A stretch of 60,093 bases of DNA, counting the filler, from Sphacelaria rigidula (taxonomy: Eukaryota): assembly GCA_964200075.2 (NCBI GenBank). It is 5 parts of 5 records of this genome, joined end to end, with 100 filler letters (N's around TTAATTAATTAA, not from the genome) between each part and the next. Parts side by side here need not be neighbours in the genome. Positions count along the whole stretch, not along the records: positions 12,042 to 23,980 come from CAXNAA020004311.1; 4 more parts are not named here. One strand, 5' to 3'. Positions 12,449 through 24,080 of this stretch are shown one piece after another. Made by a program: the position numbers and the translations under genes. A model generated the notes under the pieces. The model did no database searches. It was not told where the DNA came from and saw only the letters and a program-made list of their open reading frames with translations. Each line of letters opens with the position of its first letter. The stretch's first letter is position 1.

Positions 12449-12644
12449 GGCCGATTACACGGCCAATACTTGACGGTGGACCTTAAAGTTTGGTACGGAC
12501 AATGAGTAGGGCATAATAAAAAAACATACTGGCTGACACAAGGTTTTTTTTAATATTTTTTCATGTGGTGGGGGCATTATGCCCTACTTAATGTACATAC
12601 CAAATTTGAAGGTCCACCTTCAAGTATTGGCCGTGTAATCGGCC
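12449..12644. mobile_element. Palindromic MITE-like hairpin
   Basis: ~70-bp inverted arms GGCCGATTACACGGCCAATACTTGA... / ...TCAAGTATTGGCCGTGTAATCGGCC. Confidence 0.7.
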
Positions 12645-12782
12645 TGCAAAGTGCAGAAGCGCCTCTCGGCTGGCCCAGCTCGTATGTTGTGAGAAAAGAT
12701 TCCGAATCGCTCCGAGAATCGAACCCCTTACTCAACTATCGGAAGGTCACGAGGGTACCAACTGACCACCGGGGAAACCCGT

Positions 12783-13646
12783 CACTGCCAGCTCATAAAC
12801 AAGAAATCTTCTTCATTGATTGGAGCTACAGTATTTCCAAGCTGCTCAAAATTCTATGCTCGCTTATTCCCATCCACCATCCATGTATGATGCACACCGA
12901 CATGTTATGAAGGGAAAAGAGGTGGTGCTTCGTGTACCTAGAGAAGCACAGAGAACCCAAGTAGAGAGCGTGGCGTGCACCGGAACAGACAACACCATGC
13001 CGACTACATTATATTCTACTATGTGTTACTTGTTGTGTTGAGTCCATCGGTACCGCCATGTGCGCCGTGCCGTCTCTGCAGCAAAGTTAGTGATGGCCTA
13101 CAGATAGTACGGTACACATGAGATGTGCTGTATGTACACGGGAAGGCAAATAATACACCCGTACAGCCTGGTCGTCATTTTCTCTATTCATCACGATTAC
13201 GATGGATCAGATTCCACCAAAGCCCCGGGAGGCGTGGCCCCTTTCTGCCGCCAGCTGTGCAATTTAACCCTTTGATCGTCAGATAGGCATTTCTGAATTG
13301 AAAAGTGTGCCAAGAAACAGAGGACTCATCCTCAGTGTGACTCTTTCTGTATGCATGTTCTTTACAACGGCGGACGGATGCTGTAGAGACGGCACGGTGG
13401 ACATGGCGTTACAAACAGTAAAATATAATGTAGTCGACACGGTGTTGTCTGTTCCGGTGCACGTCACGCTCTCTACTTGGGTTCTCTGTGCTCCTGTGGG
13501 TACACAAAGCAGCACCTCTTTTCCTTTCATGACTTGTCGGTGCGCATCATACATGATTGGCGGGTGGAAGTAAGCGAGCATAGAATTTTGAGCTTTGAAA
13601 TAGCTCCAAAAAATACCGGACATTTATTGTTCTCGAGCTGGCAGTG
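12783..13646. mobile_element. Foldback element with ~270-300-bp terminal inverted repeats
   Basis: 12783-13083 is the reverse complement of 13378-13646 (the mirrored ORFs 12820+ and 13279- translate almost identically). No transposase inside. Confidence 0.75.
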
Positions 13647-15409
13647 GGAAATCATGCAGACTCGACCATGCGACGAGTAGTGAGAGATGATGGAGAGTGC
13701 GACGTCATGATAATATTTCACTGCCGTACTCTGCGTTGTTTGTGCTGGCTCGGAACGAAATAAATGTGAGCCAAATTTCACCACGGTCGGGGCCGTGGTC
13801 ATGCGGCACTGACAAGCCGCACCTGTTTTTCCCATTATCTCAATGGGTCACCCGGGTGCGCATTAATTTTTTCCGCCCCGAGTCGGGTCAAGTTTGGGTC
13901 CTCTACAGGCGTTTCCGGATCTGAGGTCCCCCGATCTGCGTACAGATCCGTTTTGGTGACTGTGATACAACATGGTCTGAATATCGCAGCGACCAATCTG
14001 ACATTTCCAACCCTGTTTCGGCGTAGGTATTCCATCTGGACCACGCAGTCTTTTTTCGAGTGAACTTGAGGCCGATTCATCAACAGATGATCGATTCTTT
14101 CTGTCCAAGGGATATTGCTGAAAGAATCTCCGCTTTTTCAAACTGCCGGTTTTGTAAGTCCTCTTTGAGACCGGCAGCTTGATGGGCAGCCGCGCTACAA
14201 CGCCATAATAATGCGTGTATCCTTTTCCGTTGTTCTGTTCATGTCTCGACAAGATGCGGCCTACTTCATGAAGACCCGTATCTCTGTTTTCGGGCATTCA
14301 TGGAGCGGTCGCGGGCATTCCCAAAACACGGTCTAGGGGTAAGATCAAGGAGAATCCAAGGACCTGTCGGGGGACGTGCTCCGTGATCGGCACACAACGT
14401 GAGTGCTGCAATTCATACGTCACGTGGCGCTTTCCGCCTTCAGTCATGAAGTGCGTGTCGTTGAAGCAGCCCCGAGCACAAAGGCTGCGAGGTGAACGTC
14501 TCCATCGTTCTTTCACCACTACTCAGTTTAAACAAGGTTGGCAAACTGCACATTCTACTTTTGCCTCGATCCACCCAACTCAACCTCGCGTTTGGCCGCC
14601 CCGACGGACTAAACGACACGAAAGCTTGTGGATTTGGTTGTAAGAATCTATGTCTGGCTGGATTAGACTGGGTGTCATCATCACGATGTAGCCTGATGGT
14701 AAAAAATGAAATCACGTATGGACGTTCGCGACCACCACGCTGCAAGTAAACATGAGATAGAATACGTGATGAGAGTACAGGTAGCACCATGTCTGTGAAA
14801 GACAAAGGCACAGGCTGACGCAGCGAGTGAAATACTAAAAGACAAAGGCTGAGGCAGCGACAGATTGCTGCTCAATACAGATTGCAAGAAGTGTTATATT
14901 TACATCCCGAACCGATGGTGCGGTACAAATTGACCCTATCGCTTGATGATGTAGATGAGGTGAAGCTAGGGGAAACGAGCCTGCTGCACATACCGATCAG
15001 CCTTTTTGTTTGTGGTCTGTTCGGCAGACAGTACAAAGAGGGTTGAAAACATTAGGGACATCAACAATGGAATGGTACAGGCATGAAACCCTGTCGCCAT
15101 GGGGCAACCTTCGGCGCAACCCGCGAATGCTTGTCCGATGTGCCCAAGCCACGACCACTTGCGTGTTCAATCCACCGACCGCGAGCATACGTGATTTCCC
15201 TTGAAAAAGGTAGCATGACCAGACGACCTACCCTCGGAGTGAAAGAAAGTCGAAAATATGTACCCACACCTTGACATGTACACAGACAAGAGGTTACCTT
15301 TTGGTGGGCAGCCGGGACAGCCAAGCAGCGGGGGGTCGTTGTTCATAGACTACCCTTGATGGGAACCACTCTGCATATATGCACAATTATATGAGGATTA
15401 CAGCTCGGC

Positions 15410-15773
15410 TGTGTGTGTGTGAATGTGTTGTCGTCCCAGGGGTCCACACTGTCTCGGTGTATGTGGGCGCACCAGCCGGGGTCACGCAGGAGGAAGGTCA
15501 ACACAGGAATCTCTTCTTTTTTGTTCTTGTTTTTAGTACTGTAAATCGACTTGACGGTCTACGAGTGAAGAGGACTGCTGTACCCCCCTCGCGATAAAAG
15601 ATAACGGTAAAAGCACCGCAGAAGGGATGTGGAGTACTACAGTAGGAACAAACAAAAAAGAAATAGCTCCTGTGTTGACATTCCTCCTGTGCGACCCCGG
15701 CTGGTGCGTCCACATATATCGAAAGGTGTAGACTGGCGCCCAGAATAGATGGGACAACACACAACACACACAC
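15410..15773. repeat. Two inverted copies of a (CA)n-tailed dispersed repeat (third copy at 55920-56130)
   Basis: Core GTGGGCGCA.CAGCCGGGGTCAC.CAG.AGGAAGGT seen at ~15463 (+), ~15715 (-) and ~55981 (+), each next to TG/CA repeats. Confidence 0.7.
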
Positions 15774-15980
15774 ATACCGTCCTTCCTTCTGCGGTGCTTG
15801 CCTTTATTTTTCATCGCGAGAGGGATTCAGCAGTCCCATTTCCCTCGTTGATGACCGTGAAGTCGGATTTTGCTCGTCTACAGGCGATTTTCTCCTCTGG
15901 GTACCCCGGTCCGTTGGGCAATGTTTTTCGTGTAGCTGTGAGAACCGGATCTATTCTCCGATTCTCTGGACGTTGATCAA

Positions 15981-16078
15981 CCCTTAGACCGGGAGGGTAG
16001 TCTTCTGTTGAATCGGCATCAATTTCAAGTGGGAAAAAGTATGCATCGTCCAGAAGGACTAATCTCGCGGTCTAAGGG
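15981..16078. mobile_element. 98-bp piggyBac-type MITE
   Basis: TIR CCCTTAGACCG...CGGTCTAAGGG with degenerate TTAA flanks (TCAA/TTCA). Homologous to 22517-22614. Confidence 0.65.
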
Positions 16079-16085
16079 TTCAGTC

Positions 16086-16530
16086 TATCAAAAATAGAAT
16101 CTTGTTGAAAAGTACATTTTTGGTCCTCCTCCGTCGTTTTCCCCCCGAAACGAGGGTTAGGCGGCTGTTGACACATTGGAATGACTTGCTCTACTCTCTG
16201 TGACGGTTCCAGAGCACCTTTGCGTTTCCCGTAGGTCACGGTGTCGTTGTTGGCGAAAGTTGCATTCTCAAAAACAAACGGTCAAGTTTTTTTATCTAAA
16301 AACAGGGAGAAAACTGACACTCTTTTGGTAACTTGACCGTTTTTTGTTGGAAGTGCAAGCTTGGCCAAAACGAAACCGTGATCTACGGGAAACGCAAAGG
16401 TGCTCTGGAACCGTCACAGCGAGTAGAGCAAGTCATTCCAAGGTGTCAATATCCGCCTAGCCCTCTGTCGGGGGAAAAACGACGGTGAAGTGCCCAAAAT
16501 GCATTTTTCAACAAGTTATACTTTTTGATA
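16086..16530. mobile_element. Foldback hairpin element (~200-bp arms)
   Basis: TTGGAATGACTTGCTCTACTC.CTGTGACGGTTCCAGAGCACCTTTGCGTTTCCCGTAG is mirrored at 16383-16441, with a short loop. Confidence 0.8.
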
Positions 16531-16545
16531 CATGAGAAGTAGCCT

Positions 16546-16945
16546 AACAGTGGATTCTCAAAAATGGAGTTGAAAAAAAAATGAGGTTGAACTCAAAAGC
16601 CGTGCTTTCCCTGGCCTACTGTAAAGTCATGACAAATGACTTTCACATGGACGACCCCATTCCTCCCAACATCCGTAAAACAATTTCGGGGAATTTCTAG
16701 CCTTCCATTCCCACAAGGGGTATGTGCGAGAGCACGATTTTTGGGTTTCCCCCCGAAATCGAGGCAAAAGTGTGCTTTCGCGCATATCCTCAACGGGAAC
16801 GGAAGGCCAGAAATCCCCCGGAATAGTTTTAAGGGGGTCAGGGCGTCCGTATGAAGGTCATTTGACGTGATTTTAGGTGAGCGAATGCACGGCTTTTGAG
16901 TTGAACGTCATTTTTTTTCAAACCCATTTTCGAGAACCCACTGTT
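16546..16945. mobile_element. Foldback hairpin element (~190-bp arms, CAGTGG termini)
   Basis: AACAGTGG.TTCTC.AAAATGG...AACTCAAAAGCCGTGC is mirrored at 16886-16945. Confidence 0.75.
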
Positions 16946-17397
16946 TGTTGATTGTTGTTGTTATCGTTATTTACACAAAGTGATTTTCAAAAAGGCACAG
17001 TAGTAGTGGTGCGCTTTTGATGTGTCACAGCGATACGTATAGAGGCAAGAGTATCACTACTTGTATATGCACCTTATATATATATGGGCCAGAAATCACG
17101 TTATATATAACATGTCCCACTCTATGTATCATATACCCCAAGAACAATGCTACGGTAGGGTTGCACGTTTTGCGCGAAATCTTGCCTGGTTGTTCAGGGG
17201 TTCCTAAAGATGCTATGGAGAGATACACAAGAATATGGGGGGGGGGGGGGGGGGGGGTCCTCATTTTTTTTTTTCTTTTGTGGGGCGCCCATTGACCACC
17301 CCCCCCTTTCGAGGCGGGGCAAAAAAAAATGGGNNNNNNNNNGGCGTGTTGCGAGAGGTGCGGAGCCGGTGGGGGGGGGGTGTGCGGGCGGGGGGGG

Positions 17398-17464
17398 CGT
17401 ACTCATTTGTTGCTTGCCTTAGTCGTGCGACCATTGACCACGCATCCCTTTCGAGACGGAGCAC
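17398..17464 (-). mobile_element. Isolated LINE 3' tail next to a G/C-rich tract
   Basis: The reverse complement GTGCTCCGTCTCGAAAGGGATGCGTGGTCAATGG...GGCAAGCAACAAATGAGTACG matches the LINE end at 38856-38922. Confidence 0.75.
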
Positions 17465-18421
17465 AAGAAAATGGGTCTGAGCACCACTCCCTTTTGCGAC
17501 TTCATTTTGGATATGCCCAGCACCTTGGAAAAGGATTCTTTGCGTACTCTCACATATTTCATATATTCCACTATTCGTGTTTTAGATGAGACAAAAGTCT
17601 CCCAATGTATCTAACCTAAAAACTTTAGAGCTCGGAAATAATTTGTTTAGCCATTAACCAGTTCAATGGCTACACGTCGCGCAGTCATTAACCAGTTGAA
17701 TGATACGTCTTGGTTTGATCATCGAGCGGCACAGACGCGAGCCCAAAAGACCCCCCCCGGCAGAGGGGCCCCCGCCGCTGGCGCCCCCGGAGGGCCCCGC
17801 TGGAGGCACCGTGCCGGAGCAGTAGAGTTAACCGGCGTTGTCCGTGTTCATGGTTGATAATTACTCGATTTGAGTGTGTTCAAGGAGAATCGAATCTTTG
17901 GTTGCGCTCCAGTCCCGTGTGCTCCTCGCGTGCGTAGAAGAACGCGTTTTCCTTTAATTCGGCGCCACAGGCGTCGATTTGGGGTCTACCAAGGCCGCAC
18001 GTTGCCTAGGGAGTGCTATGTACCGCCCTTGCCCGAGGGTTCTCGGTGTGCTTTGGGTTGGGGTTCGGGTTAGGGGTAGCGATACTTGAAAAATTGTGAA
18101 CATTTGCCCAACGTCAATTAACTAGCCTCTGCCGGATTTGCCTCCACGAGAGCGAAAAAAAGCGTCAAATTTGGGCCAATTTTCAAGGGCTTCATATAGC
18201 ATACGTGGCCGATAACGGCTTATGAAGGCGGCAACAGTAAATAATGATATGAAACCATTACTATCAATATCATGATAGTGGCCAGTTATAAATAGTATCA
18301 TTTCCGAGCTCTGCAGGAAGTATTTGTGCACCGCCACCACCGTAGCATCCCTCCCAAATATATCACATTCATAGCGATGAATGGAAAATTTAGGGCACAT
18401 GAACTTGACTGCAAATGTATA

Positions 18422-18757
18422 TCGCTAGACTAGTCAGAGACCTACGAGGGGAGACTGCCAACCTGATGCCGAACGAACACCGAGGCTCGCTATGATTTCC
18501 TCTTGTATATGTAGGCAAGGAGTGGGGTCAGACGAGAAGTGGTCGCCATAGGCGACCAGGGCCTTGGGGGATGTTGGACCGTCCTATATTCGGTTCTTCC
18601 TGGCATCACCCCGAGTTGTCTAGTTACGTCGGCATTACAAGGTCCTCGGTGATCTGGTCCTTCCGGAACGTTCCTACCTTGTCCCTGCTTGCGCTGGGTC
18701 TGCATACATGTGTGGCATCAGTCTGTGATATGTCACTGCGAAGAGATATCCTCCACA
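18422..18757 (-). repeat. 3' LTR of Gypsy element (lacks ~13 terminal bp)
   Basis: Starts with TG at 18757 directly after the PPT; matches 23788-23980. Confidence 0.85.
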
Positions 18758-19029
18758 TTTCCCCCCCCCCTTTATGCGCCTCTAGCCCATCGAGGCCACG
18801 GCTGGTGAGACGAGGCGATCACCAGCTTCGCTGATGATATAATCATGGAGTTTTCTTTGAGTGACAATCATTGATTGAGTCACGCCACCCCTAATCGCAA
18901 ATATAGCCCTTCTGTATATTGTGGTATTGAGTAAACACCCCCAGTAAAGTTTAGCTAGATTTGGTCAGTAACAGTGCATGTATTCCAAATCCTCTTTTTT
19001 TTGTCATGTAGATGTCATGTGTGACATAG

Positions 19030-19810
19030 ATATATTTGCACTTGGATGCTAGTTGCATCTGCTGGTATGCATGACTGGGCACTGGGACACTGATCGATCC
19101 ACCGGCGCCTGGGTTATTCCTGCCCAGGTTCTGGGATCCCTTCGGTTCCGTGGACACCTGAGTAGGGTTAAGTCTCGGCTTAGTAACAAGGCGGTGTTGA
19201 AGATACATATATGTTTTGTTTTGTTTTTCACCCGGGAGCATTGTGCTCATTTGGCTAAACACCGTAGGAATGACCTTTACTTCTTGTATTGTGTCTAATA
19301 GATGCATCATGAGTGACACATTTTTTATGGGATGCTTTTTGCACTTTGGTGCAGGCTGCATCTGTTAGGTATACCTGACTAGGCACTGGGACACGGACCC
19401 GGTCCACGGGCGCTTGATGTGTTTCTGCACGGGTTCTGGGATACGTTCGGTTCCACTGACACCGGAGTATAGGACAAAGTCCTCGCGTTAGTACCAAAGC
19501 GGTGGGTTTGATGTTCATCTTGCGAGCATCGTGCTCCTTGGTGAAACATCGACATGTCCTTCGCTTCGTATAATTTTGTGGCATATACGTGTGTCCCATG
19601 TGATAATCCACAAGATGCGTTGCACTTTGGTGCTAGATGCATCTGCTGTTTCTACATCCACGGGCGCCTGGGTTTTTCATGTCCGGGTTCTGGGATACCT
19701 TCGGTGCCGCTGACACCGAAAAAGTACAGCGTCTTCGTGTTAGTAACAAAGAGGTGAATACGATGTTCTCGGCCTGTGAGCATTGTGCTTTTTGTCTAAA
19801 CATCGTCAAA
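19030..19810. repeat. Three degenerate ~290-bp tandem units in the Gypsy 3' region
   Basis: GCACTT(T)GG.GC.....GCATCTG...GGCGC.TG...GGTTCTGGGAT...TTCGGT...GACACC...TTAGTA.CAA recurs at ~19037, ~19341 and ~19622. Confidence 0.8.
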
Positions 19811-20099
19811 ATGATCAGCGCTACTCCTGTTGCTGAGAGGCTATCTTCCCTGGGAAGTTGCACTCCGGTCACCGTTGACATGTCATATATGTTTCCGTTC
19901 ATGTCTGCATTGTTCTAACGTTGTTTTCCTGTTTTTCTCTTGCGACTCTCCGTGATCTCCGAATTGTGACTCCGGGCTACTGCTCAACCCTTGAGCGTGT
20001 TGCTAGGATGCTCGAACAGTCTGTTGAACAGTCACATCCGTTTCGGTCACACGGTATTTTTTTGTTTCGACTCCGGATGTGAGCGCTTTGCTAACCCCT

Positions 20100-21540
20100 T
20101 GTCATAATGGTATATATCGAGGAGGTATCTACCTTGTGTTGTTTCGTCAGCTCGATAGCTTAGGTCGGCTGTTTGGCTGTAGCTTTTGAGTCTCATTAAT
20201 CTCCGAATTTTGATCTCAGATTACTGCGCAACCTTTGAGCGTTTTGCTAGGACGCTCAAACAGTCTGTTGAACAGTCACATCCGTTTCCGTTTCCCTGTA
20301 GTTTTGGCTTCCGAGTCTGGATGTGAGCATTCAGCTAACCCTTTTTCAAAGTCCGGTGCCGGCGCTGTTTCTCACGGTTGATATTTCTTCAACTGAGCGA
20401 GATGTACTGACGTTTCTCTAGAGTCGTCGCCTATTTTAATTTTGTACGCAACCGGCGATTGTCTCTCGGTTACCATGAAAGGTCCTCCCCATGTAAATTG
20501 GAGTTTCAGGCTCGGCCTTTTTGAGTCCTGGTATGGTGGGTACAAGAGTACCTTTTGACTGTGTTTAAACACAGTGAAAGATTTGAATTTGTCCTCGTGT
20601 TCTTGCTCGTTCACTCTTCTCGTAGGGCTTGTCTCGCAATTCAAAATCCAAACGGTAGGTTTTCCCGTGTTTTCTTGGGAAAATTCTTCGGGTGTTGCCG
20701 CTTAGCTCTCTTCCGGTATGCCTATAATCATGTCAAGTGGCAATCTGGGCTGTCTTCCGAACAATAAAAATATAGTATCTCCTGTACTGTACTGTGATAG
20801 GATGTGTTGTACACCATTCGGATGAACGGAGGTATGGGTGCCCAATTTTGTTTCCAATTGACCTAAGCCTAGCTAACATCGCGTGCATAGTGGAGTGGAT
20901 CCGTTCCGACACTGATTTACTTCGCGGGTGTAAAAGTGCCGTGCGAGGTTTACTGAGACCCATGCATATGTTAGCTTGTTCCCGATTTCGGTTCTTGAAT
21001 TCGAACGCAGCTCTCCCGGGATGCCAAATGCAGTAAAGACTCTTGTCAATTATAGTTTTGGCTATATTGATGTGATCTGTTTTTTCGGCACCGGAATGAG
21101 CAAAGCATACCTCGTGAGGTGGTCCAATACGGACAGTACTCCAGCGTTTGACATCGAAATTGTTTTTCATTCGACTAGATTTGCCTGCACTCTTTCGTAT
21201 AGCCGTCCTACCGTAACGTGTCTCATCGGCAAATTTTGCCCGGTGGTGGATCGTTTTCCGGTGTTGACAGCCTTGACATTGCGTGCGTATGTCCGAAATA
21301 AAATGAAGTTTCTCCGTTCTTGTCTCTTATCATTATCATGAAGTTTTCCGGGGTTTACATGTGGGCTCGACAGGTTGGTAATTTGTACCATTTCTGTTTT
21401 TTGTTCGTGGCCTACTACGTGCCTGTTGTCCTTGAAAGGCTGATGCGCGTGAATGCTTGAGGTACATCCGGCGATCGAGTGTCCTCCTCGGCTCCTATGC
21501 GAGGCTGCACGACAGTTGTTGTTGTTGTTGTTCACGGGGT
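20100..21540 (-). pseudogene. Gypsy integrase remnant (core, GPY/F domain, possible chromodomain)
   Basis: Frameshifted pieces LYERVQANLVE, HPRSKSVSERIHSTMHAML, WGGPFMVTERQSPVAYKIKI...VHLAQLKKY, and RLKSYSQTADLSYRADE (chromodomain-like, weak). Confidence 0.8.
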
Positions 21541-22044
21541 ATTTTCTGTTTCAACTAATGCTGCCATTCTATGCCGGAACCCTCGGATTTTTTATTCCGC
21601 GGTTCTGAGATCGGTGGGTCCTAGCGGTATTGGCTTCATATCAGCTGCCATGATGTATCGATGAACTTCTGCTGATACCCTGTACATCCTGCTGCGGAAT
21701 CGATTGGGATTTGTTTCAGCGAGGGTACCGTTTACGCTGGCTGCGACTCTAACGCGGCTGATGCCCAGGATAGCGCTAGAGTCGCATCTGTATACCTGGC
21801 GAGCGGGGGAGTGTTGTATGGGCCATAACAGTGATCGTCGAAGATCGGATTAAAGAAAAAAAAACTGATGTTTCAATGTGGAATCAACAGCCCCTGCTTA
21901 CAACGGGATGTAATGTTACCGATCCCTTAGCGTACGGCGCAGAATGTAACGTACCTGAGAGCCTGAACAAGTTGAGCTACATGTCTGATTATGGTCCTTC
22001 GTGTGGTGTATTGTTTTTCCTACAGCTGCTCTGAAGGCTGCTTA

Positions 22045-23000
22045 AGGTCGTTATTATCAACACAGTTTTTATAGAGATCGTCCTAATTTTAGGCGTTTTC
22101 GCACCTTTTTTCGCACATTCTCCTAAAATGAAGCGGTGAGATTTTTTCGCCAAGCCTTCATGTTTGGCGAAAGTCCGATTTTTCGCACCCCAGCGCAATA
22201 CTCTGTAGAGCTGCCCTTGGCGCACGCCGTGGCGCTCGCAAGCATGCGATAGTCATCAAGAACCTTGCTAGTAACATCCTGGGCTATTTCGTAGAGTAAA
22301 AAGCACCGCAGGGTGGCGATATCTATCTCCTTGGACGGTGTGTGCCCCGGCAGCGGTGGTGATGATTTTAGGGTCAAGCACAGTGGTCGTCGTTTTCAGA
22401 CATGCGCACTTTCGAAGTGAAGAGCAGGAACAATCCAGTAGCTATCTACTTGCCTGCTGTGCTGCTACGTGTGTACGCTACCGCACCGTCTGAAAAGTGT
22501 AAAGCTGGTGGTTTAACCCTTAGACTGCGAGATTAGTCTCGTGTTGAATCGGCATCAATTTCAAGAGAAAGAAAGTATGCATGATCCAGAAAGACTGATC
22601 TAGCGGTCTAAGCGTTAATTGGGTGTATCTGTGCATACAACTCACAAAAAGCAAGCATGCTGCAAACTATCTACGGGGCTTTCTACAGTCGGTATTTTCA
22701 CTCATCGGTGCTGCTCCAGCATCCCGAGAGAGCCGGTCGATCACGCCCTAGCCTGTCCGACTGCCCCCCCGTGTCATGGAGAGGTTGTGAGAAGGATGTT
22801 TACCACAGTTAACGCCATACACGGGTAGGTAGTATAACGCGGTCGTTTATTTTGCCGGCGAAGGCAAGCGCACGACGAGATCAGCACCATCTGTAATAAG
22901 ATATCTAACAGCAAGAGTAGATCAAGATAATGAGCCCTCGGCGATTGCCGAAATTTCAGACCTTCTCTCATTTTTTTCTATTTGTCGATAATAACGGCCC
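22045..23000. mobile_element. Non-autonomous PIF/Harbinger-like element nested in the Gypsy element
   Basis: TIRs AGGTCGTTATTATCAACA / reverse complement GGGCCGTTATTATCGACA, flanked by TTA at 22042-22044 and 23001-23003. Confidence 0.65.
22517..22614. mobile_element. 98-bp piggyBac-type MITE
   Basis: TTAA on both sides (22513-22516, 22615-22618). TIR CCCTTAGAC.GC.AGAT.AGTC. Second copy at 15981. Confidence 0.75.
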
Positions 23001-23774
23001 TTAGGGACCAACTCTCATCGTATGTATTTTCACACCACAAGTGAGGGCTGTTTTGGTGACCTGCTGGAGGAGTGACTTATTGTACTGACCCGCATTCCTC
23101 CTATATGTTTTCTTCACCAGATGGTTGAGACGTTGTACATTTTATGCCAGATGAGGTGTGGGATGTTGAACTTGTCTGGGCTTTCCAACCTCTCAGCTTG
23201 TGAGCTGGGACGCGGTAAGACCATCCGATACACCTTTTATTTTTGTTCGCTACCTGGTAGGGAATGACAACGTCGTACATTCGCAGGTTGGGTAACTTTT
23301 TTGTTGATGCTATTTCGAGTCACCGCGTTTCCAGAGGTCGGCTTGATTAATTGCCGTGCCTTTCGCGTGATGGTGGTGGAAGGTTGGTTGATTGTGGATT
23401 CGCTGTTGTATGAGCCGTTCTGGTGATATATAGTGCCCACTGAAAAGACTAATTTCGCGTTTTCGCTGTTTGACTACCCGTACAGGTGACATATACTGCA
23501 CCCTGAGGGGTCTAAACTCGCGTTTCGCTCCTTGATTAGTCATGCGGGTGACATATGAATGCACATTGAGGGGGCTAATTTCGCGTTGATCCAAACACAT
23601 GACTCCAATAGCTTCCCAACTCGAATAATTAAGCACATGACCCATACGTTTCACCTGGAGTAGCGTTCCTTGGGGGACCCTAGTATTTCCGGTGTCGGGA
23701 AGCAGTCGGTCCTCGCTCCAAGTTTTTACTTCTAAGGCCTTTCTTGTTTGAGTTCTGTTCTGGTGTCGCCAGCG

Positions 23775-23980
23775 TGAGGAAGGCGTCTCGCTAGACTAGT
23801 CAGAGACCTACGAGGGGAGACTGCCATCCTGATGCCGAACGAACTCCGAGGCTCGCTATGATTTCCTCTTGTATATGTAGGCAAGAGGTGGGGTCAGACG
23901 AGAAGTGGTCGCCATAGGCGACCAGGGCCTTGGGGGATGTTGGACCGTCCTATATTCGGTTCTTCCTGGCATCACCCCGA
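23775..23980 (-). repeat. 5' LTR of Gypsy element (partial)
   Basis: Ends ...CTTCCTCA on the minus strand at 23775, three bases before the PBS-like TGG. Confidence 0.8.
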
Positions 23981-24080
23981 NNNNNNNNNNNNNNNNNNNN
24001 NNNNNNNNNNNNNNNNNNNNNNNNTTAATTAATTAANNNNNNNNNNNNNNNNNNNNNNNNNNNNNNNNNNNNNNNNNNNN
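23981..24080. other. Artificial 100-bp contig linker
   Basis: N run with TTAATTAATTAA. Confidence 0.97.

Larger units (their letters stand above)
18422..23980 (-). mobile_element. Decayed Ty3/Gypsy LTR retrotransposon (5' LTR cut by contig end)
   Basis: Direct repeats 18422-18614 and 23788-23980 (4 mismatches in 193 bp). On the minus strand a polypurine tract at 18773-18758 precedes TGTGGAGG, and a PBS-like TGGCGACACCAG lies at 23771. Integrase remnants inside. Confidence 0.85.

Noticed and set aside
17237..17333. Apparent diverged tandem duplicate of the LINE tail
   Set aside because: Homopolymer-smeared copy of ~17390-17475 right after a G20 run and before an N gap. Typical of low-quality reads, so likely an artefact.
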